Positions 34,255 through 43,973 of a stretch of 64,000 nucleotides of DNA are shown here, piece by piece. The notes below the pieces were generated by a model that saw only the letters and a list, made by a program, of their open reading frames with translations, was not told where the DNA came from and did no database searches. Both the position numbers and the translations under genes were made by a program. Numbering within the stretch: the first letter of the stretch is position 1; each line of letters opens with the position of its first letter. The stretch lies in the sequence record LC765218.1, one strand, 5' to 3'. The DNA is from Pseudomonas phage BRkr.

Positions 34255-35411
34255 TACAGGAAATCCACATCAAATTCGTCTTTCTCACCACGGGTGTCAA
34301 GAAGGTTAACCATGTAGTCACCTTTCTCTGCTTCTTGTGGAGAGGCTTGAGTTGCCGAAATGTCGAGATATTCTACCATGAACGGCAGTGGGTTATCTTC
34401 AGGGAATTCCAGAGGAACACCAGTAAGTTCCAGGTATTCTGCCGAATGCTTTTCCAGAGTCTCCGGAATAATATTCAGGAAAGTACCAGCAGCGTTACCA
34501 TTAAACAGAACCCATTGGAACAGTTTTTGTGCGTTAACGCCAGCCAAGCTACGACCTTCGGAGAACAGGTATTTAACCCAAGTAACTTCAGTCCGAATGA
34601 TTTCCCAGAACAGTTCAACGATTTGTGGTTTACATTGCTCATAAGCAGTCATACCACGTTCAGTTTTCAGAAGAGCCTTGATGACTTCTTGTCCGTATTG
34701 GGCATGGATCTCGAATTCATCTTGAGCGATCTTCTTAACCGCTTCACCGATTTGTTGGAACAGGCCAGTTTTACAAATAGCAAAAGTCACTGCAAACGAT
34801 GCCATGAACTGAATACGTTCCAACATATAAAGTGCAATGAAGAACATGAAGATCTTATTGTAAGTTTCCTGGTTGTTGGGTACTTGCTTCAATGCATAGG
34901 CGTGAGATGTATCGTGTGCTTCACCCATTACACGTGCAACAGCAACCATGCGTTCCTGTGCTTCTTCAACGCGCAGGATTTCATCGAGAATAACACGCGG
35001 ATTCTTAAACGAACCCCGGACAATCTCGGAATAAGTAAGGGCGTGAACATCTTCGTTATCATTGATTCGAACATAACCAGTCCAAATCCTAGAGTCAGTC
35101 ATTACAGGACCAAGAATATTCACAATTGCTCGACTAGCTACAGAGTCAGCTTCCCATTGCCATGCAAGGGTTTTGATCATCATGTCGTAAGTCGATTTAT
35201 TGCATGTTTCAAATTCGATAAGACATTGTTGGAAGTCGAATTCCAATTCGTCCCAGTCAAGCTTACGTAGACGTTTGTAGAGAGACCATGGTACAGGGAA
35301 GTGAGTATGAATAGAATCTAGGAGTCCAGGTTCTTGACCAAGGATAATTTCAGGTACGTCATAGTCGGTCTTTTCTACGTTAAAGATTTTCTTGGGGAGC
35401 TTGTCAGTCAT
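34254..35411 (-). CDS. nrdB: Ribonucleotide reductase class Ia beta subunit, 385 aa. Start reset to MTDKLPKK; the track used a TTG 51 nt upstream.
   Basis: Length and iron-centre and tyrosyl-radical-region motifs typical of NrdB (…MASFAVTFAI…EAVKKIAQDEFEIHAQYGQ…). AAGGAAACTGAA-ATG ribosome-binding site. Paired with nrdA upstream. Confidence 0.85.
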   Translation of the reverse strand: MTDKLPKKIFNVEKTDYDVPEIILGQEPGLLDSIHTHFPVPWSLYKRLRKLDWDELEFDFQQCLIEFETCNKSTYDMMIKTLAWQWEADSVASRAIVNILGPVMTDSRIWTGYVRINDNEDVHALTYSEIVRGSFKNPRVILDEILRVEEAQERMVAVARVMGEAHDTSHAYALKQVPNNQETYNKIFMFFIALYMLERIQFMASFAVTFAICKTGLFQQIGEAVKKIAQDEFEIHAQYGQEVIKALLKTERGMTAYEQCKPQIVELFWEIIRTEVTWVKYLFSEGRSLAGVNAQKLFQWVLFNGNAAGTFLNIIPETLEKHSAEYLELTGVPLEFPEDNPLPFMVEYLDISATQASPQEAEKGDYMVNLLDTRGEKDEFDVDFL

Positions 35412-35517
35412 TTCAGTTTCCTTGTTGATGTCAAAATTGCTTACAATTGATATGGTTATCAAGTAAAATTATAATAACATCTTGTTAGAATATTAAAGGG
35501 CAGCTAAGAGCACGATC

Positions 35518-36465
35518 ATGTTTGAATTATTGTTATCATTACCGAAGAGAGCACCGAAGCTGACATACACCTACGATTTAGTGACATTAACACCAAGACC
35601 AACAATAGCTAATCATGCCACGGCCTGTGAACATGCTGGAAAATATATGTTGGTGGTGGACTTAACGCATCTACTCGTTCTATAAACAACTTCGATATTT
35701 ACGATATTGAAAATGATGCATGGACAGTTGGTGCAGTACTACCTGGTCAAAGACGATCGGGTGTAATGGCAGCTGACGGTAATCGCGTTATTTACGTCGG
35801 TGGGTATAACCAAGGTGGTAACCCAGTAGGACCGTTCTCTACAATCTACACTTACAATACAGCTAATAATACTTGGGGAACTTCAAACACGAGCGACGTA
35901 GCGCGATTTGAAGCTACAGGTATCCCGTTAGCAGGTGGACAGGTTATTGACTACTCTGGTTGGTCTGGTACGACAATGTTACCCAACGCTAGTCGTATTG
36001 ATGTTAATCCAACTGGTGGTGTTAGTACAACCCCATTACCAAATATACCGGCAGCTTATAGAACCCGTTATGCTGGTTCGTGCCGTAATGGAAATGACAT
36101 TTATATTGGTGGTGGATTAGACTCTGCTGGTTCTCCAGTAGATACATTCTTTTTACTATAGCCCCGTCACGAATACATTTAGGGCACTTGCACCGTTGCC
36201 AGTAAAACTAAATGCGGTTCAGTTGATGTGGCATAACAATGAAGTTATTGCTTATCTAGTAAATAGTGGTATATGGGCATATAACCCTGGTTCAAATGAA
36301 TGGAGACCTGTAAATGAAACTCCATCTGGAAATGTACATGGTTTATCGACCGGTGTACAAGTTAATAACGAACTATATCTAATCGGTGGTTTTGATACAG
36401 CTCGTCATGGATACCTTTCTAAGATTGTACCAACCTTGGTAGCAATAGATGACGTTCCAGTGTGA
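35518..36465 (+). pseudogene. A Kelch-repeat paralog on the strand opposite to the nrdA-nrdB operon, disrupted by two homopolymer frameshifts.
   Basis: Three consecutive open segments: frame 1 35518-35685 (MFELLLSLPKRAPK…ACEHAG), frame 0 35631-36161 (KIYVGGGLNAS…IYIGGG…DTFF), frame 1 36142-36465 (YYSPVTNTFRALAPLP…LYLIGGFD). Concatenated they give a protein of about 330 aa that aligns to the other Kelch paralogs. Shifts fall at an A4 run (35640-35643) and a T5 run (36150-36154). Confidence 0.6.
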
Positions 36466-36468
36466 CAT

Positions 36469-36498
36469 CATAAAGCCCTCCCCTAAAGGGAGGGCGAT
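36469..36498. terminator. Family hairpin CATAAAGCCCTCCC-CTAAA-GGGAGGGCGATAT between the convergent Kelch pseudogene (plus strand) and nrdA (minus strand).
   Basis: 7-bp GC stem at a convergent junction. Confidence 0.5.
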
Positions 36499-36504
36499 AT
36501 ATCG

Positions 36505-38790
36505 TTACAGAGTACAGGCACCGCCAGCACATCCTTTCGAACCATCGTTATTTTCAAACGCAGATTCAAGAGCAGCCAGGGACAGGTTAGCAGAAGTCTC
36601 GGTATTCATGTAGTATCGAGTCTTCATACCAAGCTTAACTTGCAGGAAGTAGTCGCGAAGCATTTCGTTGGAGCTAATCTTCTCATCGCCGATAATCCGA
36701 CGATACAGGTCAGCAGAAATACCTTGGTCGGTCCATTTCTGGAAGATAGCGTAAGCTTCGATCATGTCCTTAGTTGGAATATCATAAGCCAGTTCGTACT
36801 TATACGCTTTGTCGTCTCCAAACGGGGCAGCCCAGTTAATCAGGTTATTGTTGTCCGACTTATTGATAACCAGACGACGAACCGGGTAAATAGAGTTAGC
36901 ACCACCTACCGCTTTCGAGGAGGCTTCACCTGGCATGTATGCAACAAGTACCGAGTGGCCGATACCACCGTTAGCAATGATTTCCTTACGAAGTTTCTCC
37001 CAGTTGTAAATGTTCTCAAACCCACCTGGTACGATTTCATCTACATTTCGTTTGTAGGTATCAAGAGGCAGCCAACCTTCAGGCCACAGAGTCTTATGTA
37101 TCCACGGTGCAAGACCACGTTCTTTAGAGATCCGCAGTGATGCCTCGATCAGGTGATACATGTGGCGTTCTGCAACAAAGTGCATCTCGCGCTTACCGGC
37201 CTCAGAAGAATACGCCAGACCGGCGCGGGCCATGTGTGTAGCAAGACCCATGATACCAACCCCAGCACTCATACGCTGTTTGGCAGTGAAACCGAGATGA
37301 GGGAAAGCATATTCTGCATTGAGGATACAATAATCAATCATCTTCAGTGCATAGTAAGCCGCTTTACGATAAGTTGCTGCATCAGGGATATTGTCAACAA
37401 CGATTGCTGCGAGAGAACAGGTAGCAATCTCACCTCGACCATGGTCTTCCTCAGAATAGAGGTCACGCATGTCGTAGTAAGGTTTGGTTGGTTCAGCAAT
37501 TTCCATGCAGAGGTTCGAACTATGAATCGGCTCTTTAAACGGAGTATGGCGATTCATTTCATCGATTTGAGCAGTATATGCAACACCAGTTTCATAGGCT
37601 TCGTTAAGAACCGTTTTTAGAAGATCCCGTGCATCGATGTATGTCTTAGTGAAATTCGGATCTGCTTCATACTTCTCGTAGAGTTCTTTGAACTTAGCTT
37701 GATCTTTACCGTAGAATGCTTCGAACAGGTCAGGTGCAGTATACGGGTTAAATACGAAGACCTTTTCATTCTTAGCTGCTTTAGCTGCGAACAGAACGTT
37801 ACCCATTGCTGCATAGTGAAGATCACGATTCTTACGGTCTTCAGTAGAGCGAGGGTTACGGAGTTGAGAGATCATATCCGCTTCTGGGTCAAAGAGACTA
37901 TAGAAGCTAGTTACAGCACCGCCGCGACCATTTTGCAGGTTAGCTCGAACAGCCTTACCCATTACATCGATGTAAGGTTTCTTACCTTGGTGAACGATGA
38001 GACCGTTACGTACAGGATCCCCAACAGAACGGGACATGATGTTTACACCAATACCAGCCGAAGACTGGGTCATGATGTTCGCGATGTAGTCTCCGATAGC
38101 CAACGAAGTACCGTTGTCGCCAGAAGCGAAGAGGCAGCAAGAAGCAAAGCCCCGCAGTACAGTACCAAGATTAACGTAGTTAGGAGTCGGCGCCGACAAT
38201 TGTTTTTGAGAGAACAATTCATAATAGTTCTTCACATGTTCCAGCCGCTCAGCTTTAGGTTCTTTCTCAGAAAGAGCCATTGCCATCCGCATGTATGTAA
38301 ACTGCTGAGTTTCATACTCTTTTCCAGACACGCGATTACGAAGGGAATACTTACCACGGATATGATGGAGAGCGAAATGGGGGGAATTGAAATCAAGATC
38401 ATGATTAATCATCTCCTGGATAGCCTGATATTCATCATCGCTATAATCCAGTTTGATCATTACTCCATCTTCATGCATTTTGGCATGAAGTTGTTTTACT
38501 GTCGGAATACCGTCCAGTCCATAGATTTTCTTACGCAGAAATACTGCGTACAGACGACCAGCCATTAGGTAATACGACCAGGTCTTACGATTAAGACATT
38601 CTTCGATCAGCCAACCCTGGAACTCCTGAGATGTAACCTTTTTGGGCTTACCGCTTACAGCACCTAGTACGATACTACCCCAGTCAACTTTGTTGCCCAG
38701 ACGTGCCGCTGCCCACTCACCCCAGCCATTTGCTTTCTCGTTATCGAAGGGTTGTTCAGTGCCATCCAGTTTGATAATAGTTTCAATCAT
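36505..38790 (-). CDS. nrdA: Ribonucleotide reductase class Ia alpha subunit, 761 aa.
   Basis: ATP-cone-like N-terminus, catalytic-site region …SNLCMEIA…, radical-transfer tyrosines, and a C-terminal redox Cys pair GCAGGACTL. Size matches NrdA. Confidence 0.9.
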   Translation of the reverse strand: MIETIIKLDGTEQPFDNEKANGWGEWAAARLGNKVDWGSIVLGAVSGKPKKVTSQEFQGWLIEECLNRKTWSYYLMAGRLYAVFLRKKIYGLDGIPTVKQLHAKMHEDGVMIKLDYSDDEYQAIQEMINHDLDFNSPHFALHHIRGKYSLRNRVSGKEYETQQFTYMRMAMALSEKEPKAERLEHVKNYYELFSQKQLSAPTPNYVNLGTVLRGFASCCLFASGDNGTSLAIGDYIANIMTQSSAGIGVNIMSRSVGDPVRNGLIVHQGKKPYIDVMGKAVRANLQNGRGGAVTSFYSLFDPEADMISQLRNPRSTEDRKNRDLHYAAMGNVLFAAKAAKNEKVFVFNPYTAPDLFEAFYGKDQAKFKELYEKYEADPNFTKTYIDARDLLKTVLNEAYETGVAYTAQIDEMNRHTPFKEPIHSSNLCMEIAEPTKPYYDMRDLYSEEDHGRGEIATCSLAAIVVDNIPDAATYRKAAYYALKMIDYCILNAEYAFPHLGFTAKQRMSAGVGIMGLATHMARAGLAYSSEAGKREMHFVAERHMYHLIEASLRISKERGLAPWIHKTLWPEGWLPLDTYKRNVDEIVPGGFENIYNWEKLRKEIIANGGIGHSVLVAYMPGEASSKAVGGANSIYPVRRLVINKSDNNNLINWAAPFGDDKAYKYELAYDIPTKDMIEAYAIFQKWTDQGISADLYRRIIGDEKISSNEMLRDYFLQVKLGMKTRYYMNTETSANLSLAALESAFENNDGSKGCAGGACTL

Positions 38791-38944
38791 CTCTATTTTT
38801 CCAGTTGTTTATTGCGTAAAACGTAAATTGATGAATTCTAACATAACTAAAACCACGCAAGTATTTTTACGATCATTTAGTTTTAAATAAGTTAAAATCT
38901 TCTAACAGCATACCATACAACACCTAAAAAGAAGAACTACTCAG

Positions 38945-39340
38945 ATGGAAAAGGATATGCTATTTATTTCAATCTGGAGAATACAAATGCCTTATTATCA
39001 AGCTATTCTACCACTCGTAGAAGCTCACCAATGGTTTAAAAATGGCGACCATCCCATGGACCGCACCGTTAATGGAATTAACGAAGGGGCTATCGTTGGA
39101 CGGCATATTAGCCATGGTAGTGTACAAGGTGGAATGATCTGTCCTGACTGTAACTGTAAGATGGCCCTTCATGGGATCCTTAAAGTTCGAACTGACGATA
39201 GTCCCGCTGTTGTTTGTCCAGGTGACTATATTGAGTTTATTCGGGATGACAAGAAACGTATTCTGAGTTACAGGCTTCATCATAAAAAAGAATTTGAAGC
39301 GATCTTTGAAAAAGTTGTTACCAATGGAGTTAAGAAATGA
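38945..39340 (+). CDS. Hypothetical protein, 131 aa, with a CPDCNC…HG motif.
   Basis: Plus-strand ORF opening the frd-containing cluster. Confidence 0.5.
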   Translation: MEKDMLFISIWRIQMPYYQAILPLVEAHQWFKNGDHPMDRTVNGINEGAIVGRHISHGSVQGGMICPDCNCKMALHGILKVRTDDSPAVVCPGDYIEFIRDDKKRILSYRLHHKKEFEAIFEKVVTNGVKK

Positions 39341-39918
39341 CCGCTGTTAATTACCCGTTTGTAGATACCATGGATAAATTTGATAAGATCACAAAAGGTC
39401 TTATTTTTGAACATCAAGCCGAGGGTGAGAGCGAAACGATGATTTCGCATGAACTCTCTATTCTTGATAATGACGGTGTTGTTCATTCACTTCATTTCAG
39501 TCAAATCACTAGCCTCATTGATACCATCACTGGTAAGCACCCTTCACTCGAACTCCCGCCACAACTATTCCTTATCACGCAATATCTGCTAGAGGATCTT
39601 AAGGAAGTTGGAGAGAAAGGATTTGTAATTACCGAATATTTTATCGATGTCCTTCCCACTGGTAATAAAGCTATTTTCCGTGGTACGCTGGCACATAAAT
39701 CGACAGTTGATGGACATCCTGACTTTGATCCGTCTTCCACGATTAGTAAAAAAGAGTTTGAGTTCTCTCTTAATCAATTCAGTATTCTACAGCAGATTGC
39801 TTTGAGTCATTGCATCGCTAATCTACACGAGGAGTGTGCTGGGTTCCGTGGCACTTTCGATGTGGAATATACTTTCCATTGGACGCCCTTTGCCTTTAAC
39901 GTTAAATTCTCCGAGTAA
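39337..39918 (+). CDS. Hypothetical protein, 193 aa.
   Basis: Start overlaps the upstream stop (ATGA). Confidence 0.55.
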   Translation: MTAVNYPFVDTMDKFDKITKGLIFEHQAEGESETMISHELSILDNDGVVHSLHFSQITSLIDTITGKHPSLELPPQLFLITQYLLEDLKEVGEKGFVITEYFIDVLPTGNKAIFRGTLAHKSTVDGHPDFDPSSTISKKEFEFSLNQFSILQQIALSHCIANLHEECAGFRGTFDVEYTFHWTPFAFNVKFSE

Positions 39919-39929
39919 GTGAGTTAATC

Positions 39930-40454
39930 ATGCCCACCCTAGCAATGATCTTTGCTGTATCCACGAATGGCATTATTGGAATCAATGGGAGTATTCCATG
40001 GCATATTCCTGAAGACTTTAAATGGTTTAAAGAAAAGACTTTAGGGCATGCTGTTGTAATGGGGCGGAAGACTTGGGAATCGTTAGGAAATAAACCTCTT
40101 CCAGGTCGGACTAACTATGTCCTTTCTTCAGATAGTGATAACTTGAAGGGAGATGGATATATCCATGTTAAGTCTTTAGACGAAGTACTAGAATTATCCC
40201 AAAATGAAAAGAAGGTTTTTATCATTGGTGGTGAAAGACTATTTAAAGATGGTATCACTCGTTGTAGTGAGTTCTATCGCACGATTGTTGATATGGACAT
40301 TGATTGTTCTTCCGATGACGTAACTGACGTTGCTAAGTTCGAGGAATATATTGATCCAATTAAATGGCGATTCATTTCCTGTCAGAAAGGTGTAACTAAC
40401 GCTCCCCGTAATCCAGGTCTTGGATATAGTTTGCAATACTGGGCAAGACGTTAA
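39930..40454 (+). CDS. frd: Dihydrofolate reductase, 174 aa.
   Basis: N-terminal DHFR signature MIFAVSTNGIIGINGSIPWHIPEDFKWFKEKTLGHAVVMGRKTWESLG plus …FIIGGERLF…. Length is typical. Confidence 0.8.
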   Translation: MPTLAMIFAVSTNGIIGINGSIPWHIPEDFKWFKEKTLGHAVVMGRKTWESLGNKPLPGRTNYVLSSDSDNLKGDGYIHVKSLDEVLELSQNEKKVFIIGGERLFKDGITRCSEFYRTIVDMDIDCSSDDVTDVAKFEEYIDPIKWRFISCQKGVTNAPRNPGLGYSLQYWARR

Positions 40455-40485
40455 CCCAATCCTTTGTGGTTAACGGAGATTGTAA

Positions 40486-40980
40486 ATGAGTAGCTATACT
40501 AAGTTTAATGCCAAGATGTCTATCCAGTATGACGATGATGCATCTGTTATTCTGGGTGATGACTACTGGCGGATTATGGAGACCTTTCAATACGACATTG
40601 GAAGTGAAGGCTCTGGTAAATACGCAGTTGTTAATAAATGTTTCCTAACAGATGGTGCATCTATTCCACGGCCAGTACGTTGGTTGATCCCTCGATTAGG
40701 TAAGCATGGTCAGGCAGCAGCGTTGCATGATAAGCTTTGTGAGACATACACTATCTTCCAGATGGTAGATGGGAAAGAGACAGAAGTTAAGGTAACTCGA
40801 AAAGAGATAGACCATATCTTCTATGAGGCGCTAAAAGTATCTAAGGTTAATCCAATTATCCGTGGTTTGATTCGTGCAGGTGTGGATAGCTACCGAATTG
40901 TTACACGTCCCTCTAAACCGAATGTTAAGAAAGAGAAACGTCGACTTGAACAACAATGTTCTTTAGGTCAAAGAGCTTAA
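40486..40980 (+). CDS. DUF1353-like hypothetical protein, 164 aa.
   Basis: The …FLTDGASIPR… motif is recalled as characteristic of the DUF1353 family. Followed by a convergent hairpin. Confidence 0.5.
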   Translation: MSSYTKFNAKMSIQYDDDASVILGDDYWRIMETFQYDIGSEGSGKYAVVNKCFLTDGASIPRPVRWLIPRLGKHGQAAALHDKLCETYTIFQMVDGKETEVKVTRKEIDHIFYEALKVSKVNPIIRGLIRAGVDSYRIVTRPSKPNVKKEKRRLEQQCSLGQRA

Positions 40981-40983
40981 CGG

Positions 40984-41016
40984 CATAAAGCCTTCCCCAA
41001 CGGGAAGGCTTTTATG
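40984..41016. terminator. Family hairpin between convergent gene 40486..40980 and terL. It is an identical copy of the 20329-20361 hairpin.
   Basis: The 33-nt identity with 20329-20361 extends to an exact GGCATAAAGCCTTCCCCAACGGGAAGGCTTTTATGTT 37-mer at 20327-20363 and 40982-41018. Confidence 0.55.
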
Positions 41017-41023
41017 TTGTCAC

Positions 41024-43210
41024 TTACCGTCCATAGAATCCAAGTGAATTGAAACTACGTTCTTGTTGGAAACGAGAAGTACGGACACGTCTAACACGAT
41101 CATCACGTACTTGTTTCAACATGGCGTCGATACCAACACCGGTTGTTTCTTCCATGTTAATACTCTTCGAAAGATTACGAAGACGCATCTCAAGCTTGGT
41201 AATTACGAATGGATTTGTCTCACCTTTTAGCTGAGCAATCAAGTCCTCGAACTCACCTTTGTTTTGCTTCTCTTTATCTTCACGATATTTTTCCAGAGCA
41301 GTTAACTCTACGTCACGAGTAACAGCACGGGAGAAAATTGTTGCTGGATTAATACCGTAATAAGAAAGGTTCTGTCCACGAATACATACCCAGTGCGCCA
41401 ACAGCATGGAAATTACCATGTCGTCGTGATTATCACGAGTGTGGTCAATTCGCCCATTCTTAATTGTCAAAGCAAGTAGTTCTGTAATCAGCGTCTTATC
41501 CGCCATTCTCCGGCTACCGTAATCCATTGAACTCGGTAATGCTTCAAGGAACAGGCTGTTACGAGAATACCGACCGGAACCTGAGGTGTTGAAACCAAAG
41601 TAACGTTTGAATCGATCATAGAACGAAGCAGGTCGTTGAGACAACGGAGTCTGAATATCACGGAACTCAGATTCTAGTACCGTGTGTTCATCTACGATTC
41701 TATTAAAGATTCGGCGGAACGGATCTATCCCAGCTTTATGCAGTTGCATTACAACGAAGTCAATGAGAGCAGTGCCCATCGATTTACGTTCAGGTACCCA
41801 TGTAATCGTCGGATAACGAATTAATAGATTACCGACGAATGCAGCAATAACAGGAACAGAGGTTTCATTATAACAACCAGCTGCTACTACTTCGTGTGTC
41901 TCCACATCGAATATAACCATACCAGTGGCGTCATTACCCGATCCTAAAAGTTCACTTGGGTCCATGCCCATCATAAAGCGACCTTCAGCCATTCTCTGGT
42001 CAACTTCATGTTTAGGGATATACCAGCGAATGGTGTAACCGTCTGGCGTGATCTCGGTCCAAATTGGTTCACGTTCAGATGATTTTAGCTGCTTCTTATG
42101 TTCGGGTGATAATGGAGAACCTTCACCACCAACAGTCCAGATATTGAAGAAGTCTCGGTCAGCGATCTCGCCAAAAGAACTAGACTCTTTAAGTTCCTGG
42201 AACAACCATTCATCTGTACGACCTAACTGCCTATGGTTAAAAGCTCCGTAGATGATAGGTTTCTGATCAGCCTTGGATCCTTTCTCCATTACCAACACTG
42301 CCATACGTTGGTTCACTAGATCGAACATTGTTTCAGACCAGGTATGTCCACCTGTCATGAACTTGTAAGCAAATGCTCCATCGCGAGTGGTAATGTTGCC
42401 AGCAGTTGTTGTAAAGATGTTTCCGTATGGTTGACCTTGACGCTTGGCTTCGGCACGGGCGGCTGAACCAGAGGCCAGGGCTACAGGAAGAGAGATCTCA
42501 ATCAAGTTAATATACGCAAATTCGTCGAACTGCATGATAGGTACTGTAAGACCACGACCAAGTTTGTCGGCAGCAATCTTATCGTTACGACCAACTGCGG
42601 TCTTATAACGGTTACCTAAACGAATACACGTCATCAGCTCGTTATTGTCCACGTCATTTGGATTAGCCCAGTGAATGTAATCAGGTAATAGATCTCGCAT
42701 TACCTTTAGACGTTCAATGTTCGCTGTTCGAAGTTTATTATCTTTAGTGATCAGGTTGATCGTGGTGTTCTCACCCCAGATATACATCATACCCGTCATC
42801 AAGATGTCAGTTGAAACCGATTTACCAGTCTGTCGTGGTTGTAACAGACCAAAGTCTAAGTGGTTAAAGAAGCACCAGAAAAGTGCAATGTTACCACGGT
42901 TAGCGCGGAAAGGGTTTGGGACGTTACCAGATGTCGCTGGGACACGGGCAACTTCACGGAAGTAATACCAAGGATTGTATTTACACTCCAAGGCAATCTT
43001 CATTTTTGTAGCATCGTCTAGATCTGGATCATAGGGATCTACTCCCTGAAGATCAGGCTGGAGTAATGCTAAAATGAATTTCCAGTTTGCTATTTTAAGC
43101 TCATCTCTATAAAGAGCTGCTAATTTTAAGAATGTTTTATTTGACGTTTTTGTATCCGCTATTGCTGTTGGGAACTTCTCCCAATCATCGCGGAATAAAA
43201 TAAGTTCCAT
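41024..43210 (-). CDS. terL: Terminase large subunit, 728 aa.
   Basis: ATPase Walker A LQPRQTGKSVST. Walker B-like MQFDEFAYI. C-terminal RNaseH-like nuclease region (…MVIFDVETHEV…). Size consistent with a jumbo-phage TerL. Confidence 0.75.
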   Translation of the reverse strand: MELILFRDDWEKFPTAIADTKTSNKTFLKLAALYRDELKIANWKFILALLQPDLQGVDPYDPDLDDATKMKIALECKYNPWYYFREVARVPATSGNVPNPFRANRGNIALFWCFFNHLDFGLLQPRQTGKSVSTDILMTGMMYIWGENTTINLITKDNKLRTANIERLKVMRDLLPDYIHWANPNDVDNNELMTCIRLGNRYKTAVGRNDKIAADKLGRGLTVPIMQFDEFAYINLIEISLPVALASGSAARAEAKRQGQPYGNIFTTTAGNITTRDGAFAYKFMTGGHTWSETMFDLVNQRMAVLVMEKGSKADQKPIIYGAFNHRQLGRTDEWLFQELKESSSFGEIADRDFFNIWTVGGEGSPLSPEHKKQLKSSEREPIWTEITPDGYTIRWYIPKHEVDQRMAEGRFMMGMDPSELLGSGNDATGMVIFDVETHEVVAAGCYNETSVPVIAAFVGNLLIRYPTITWVPERKSMGTALIDFVVMQLHKAGIDPFRRIFNRIVDEHTVLESEFRDIQTPLSQRPASFYDRFKRYFGFNTSGSGRYSRNSLFLEALPSSMDYGSRRMADKTLITELLALTIKNGRIDHTRDNHDDMVISMLLAHWVCIRGQNLSYYGINPATIFSRAVTRDVELTALEKYREDKEKQNKGEFEDLIAQLKGETNPFVITKLEMRLRNLSKSINMEETTGVGIDAMLKQVRDDRVRRVRTSRFQQERSFNSLGFYGR

Positions 43211-43262
43211 GACCGTTTCCTTAAAGAAACAAAAGGTTCATACCTTTAGGGTTAATTTACGA

Positions 43263-43291
43263 CATAAAGCTTCCCCCGAAGGGAAAGCTTC
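43263..43291 (-). terminator. Family hairpin CATAAAGCTTCCC-CCGAA-GGGAAAGCTTCTG between gene 43297..43947 and terL.
   Basis: UUCG loop on the minus strand. Confidence 0.5.
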
Positions 43292-43296
43292 TGTAT

Positions 43297-43947
43297 CTAG
43301 ATTAACTCTAGTACTGGGCGCCAACCATAACCTACGTTAGGTTGAGATGGTGCGTTCTGCCCCCACCCTGTTACGCCATTAGGTCCACCACGTAAGACTT
43401 TGAACCTAGGAGACCCAGTGTTACCATTAGTGGGTGTCCATGTCCAAATACCGAGGTTACTTGGATGTACAAATCCAAGATCCTCATTACTTAAATTTTC
43501 CCAGAATGTTCCAGTTGGATCATTCGCGGATACACGGTACATCAGCTGACCCCACTCCGAGTTGGCTGGGGAACCACTTGCACCGCCTGACAGATAAGAT
43601 ATCTTACAATCAATATCTTTTACTTTAGATGAATTAGTATTGAAGTTATTAATGGCCAAAACTAATTGATCAAAGGACATTGAATGACGGATAGTCTTTG
43701 TAGAGACTAAGAGTCGTCTGTCATTTAAAGAGAACATTAACCAATCTACATCTGTTTGATCTGGCATTCGCGTTCCATACGGATTACCAGAAAAACCGTG
43801 TACATCGTTCATTTGTTCAGCGCCAATGAAATCGGCAGCTGTAACTGTACCAAAATAACCTAGTGTCGAATCACCGGCTATCAGTTCAGTAGGTAAAACA
43901 CTTGGTTTAGCTCTTTTAGAGTTGACCGATAGTAAAATTTCAATCAT
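43297..43947 (-). CDS. Fibre-like protein, 216 aa. It shares an N-terminal module and a C-terminal GWRPVLE motif with the 526-aa Kelch protein.
   Basis: MIEILLSVNSKRAKPSVLPTELIAGDSTLGYFGTV… aligns to MFESLLSALIKATGNKLPGPSTFEQGDSTLGLYGEL… of 22120..23700. Ends …GYGWRPVLELI. Confidence 0.6.
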   Translation of the reverse strand: MIEILLSVNSKRAKPSVLPTELIAGDSTLGYFGTVTAADFIGAEQMNDVHGFSGNPYGTRMPDQTDVDWLMFSLNDRRLLVSTKTIRHSMSFDQLVLAINNFNTNSSKVKDIDCKISYLSGGASGSPANSEWGQLMYRVSANDPTGTFWENLSNEDLGFVHPSNLGIWTWTPTNGNTGSPRFKVLRGGPNGVTGWGQNAPSQPNVGYGWRPVLELI

Positions 43948-43973
43948 GGTCCAGCTCCTATTTGTTACATACT

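Noticed and set aside
34335-35270. A long plus-strand ORF (311 aa) and others such as 36640..37140, 37153..37620, 37699..38568, 45954..46478, 46836..47225, 47769..48290, 49410..49964 and 51036..51790.
   Set aside because: They lie antisense to strongly supported genes (nrdB, nrdA, the 898-aa protein, the sheath). They have no ribosome-binding sites and low-complexity translations. These are shadow ORFs.
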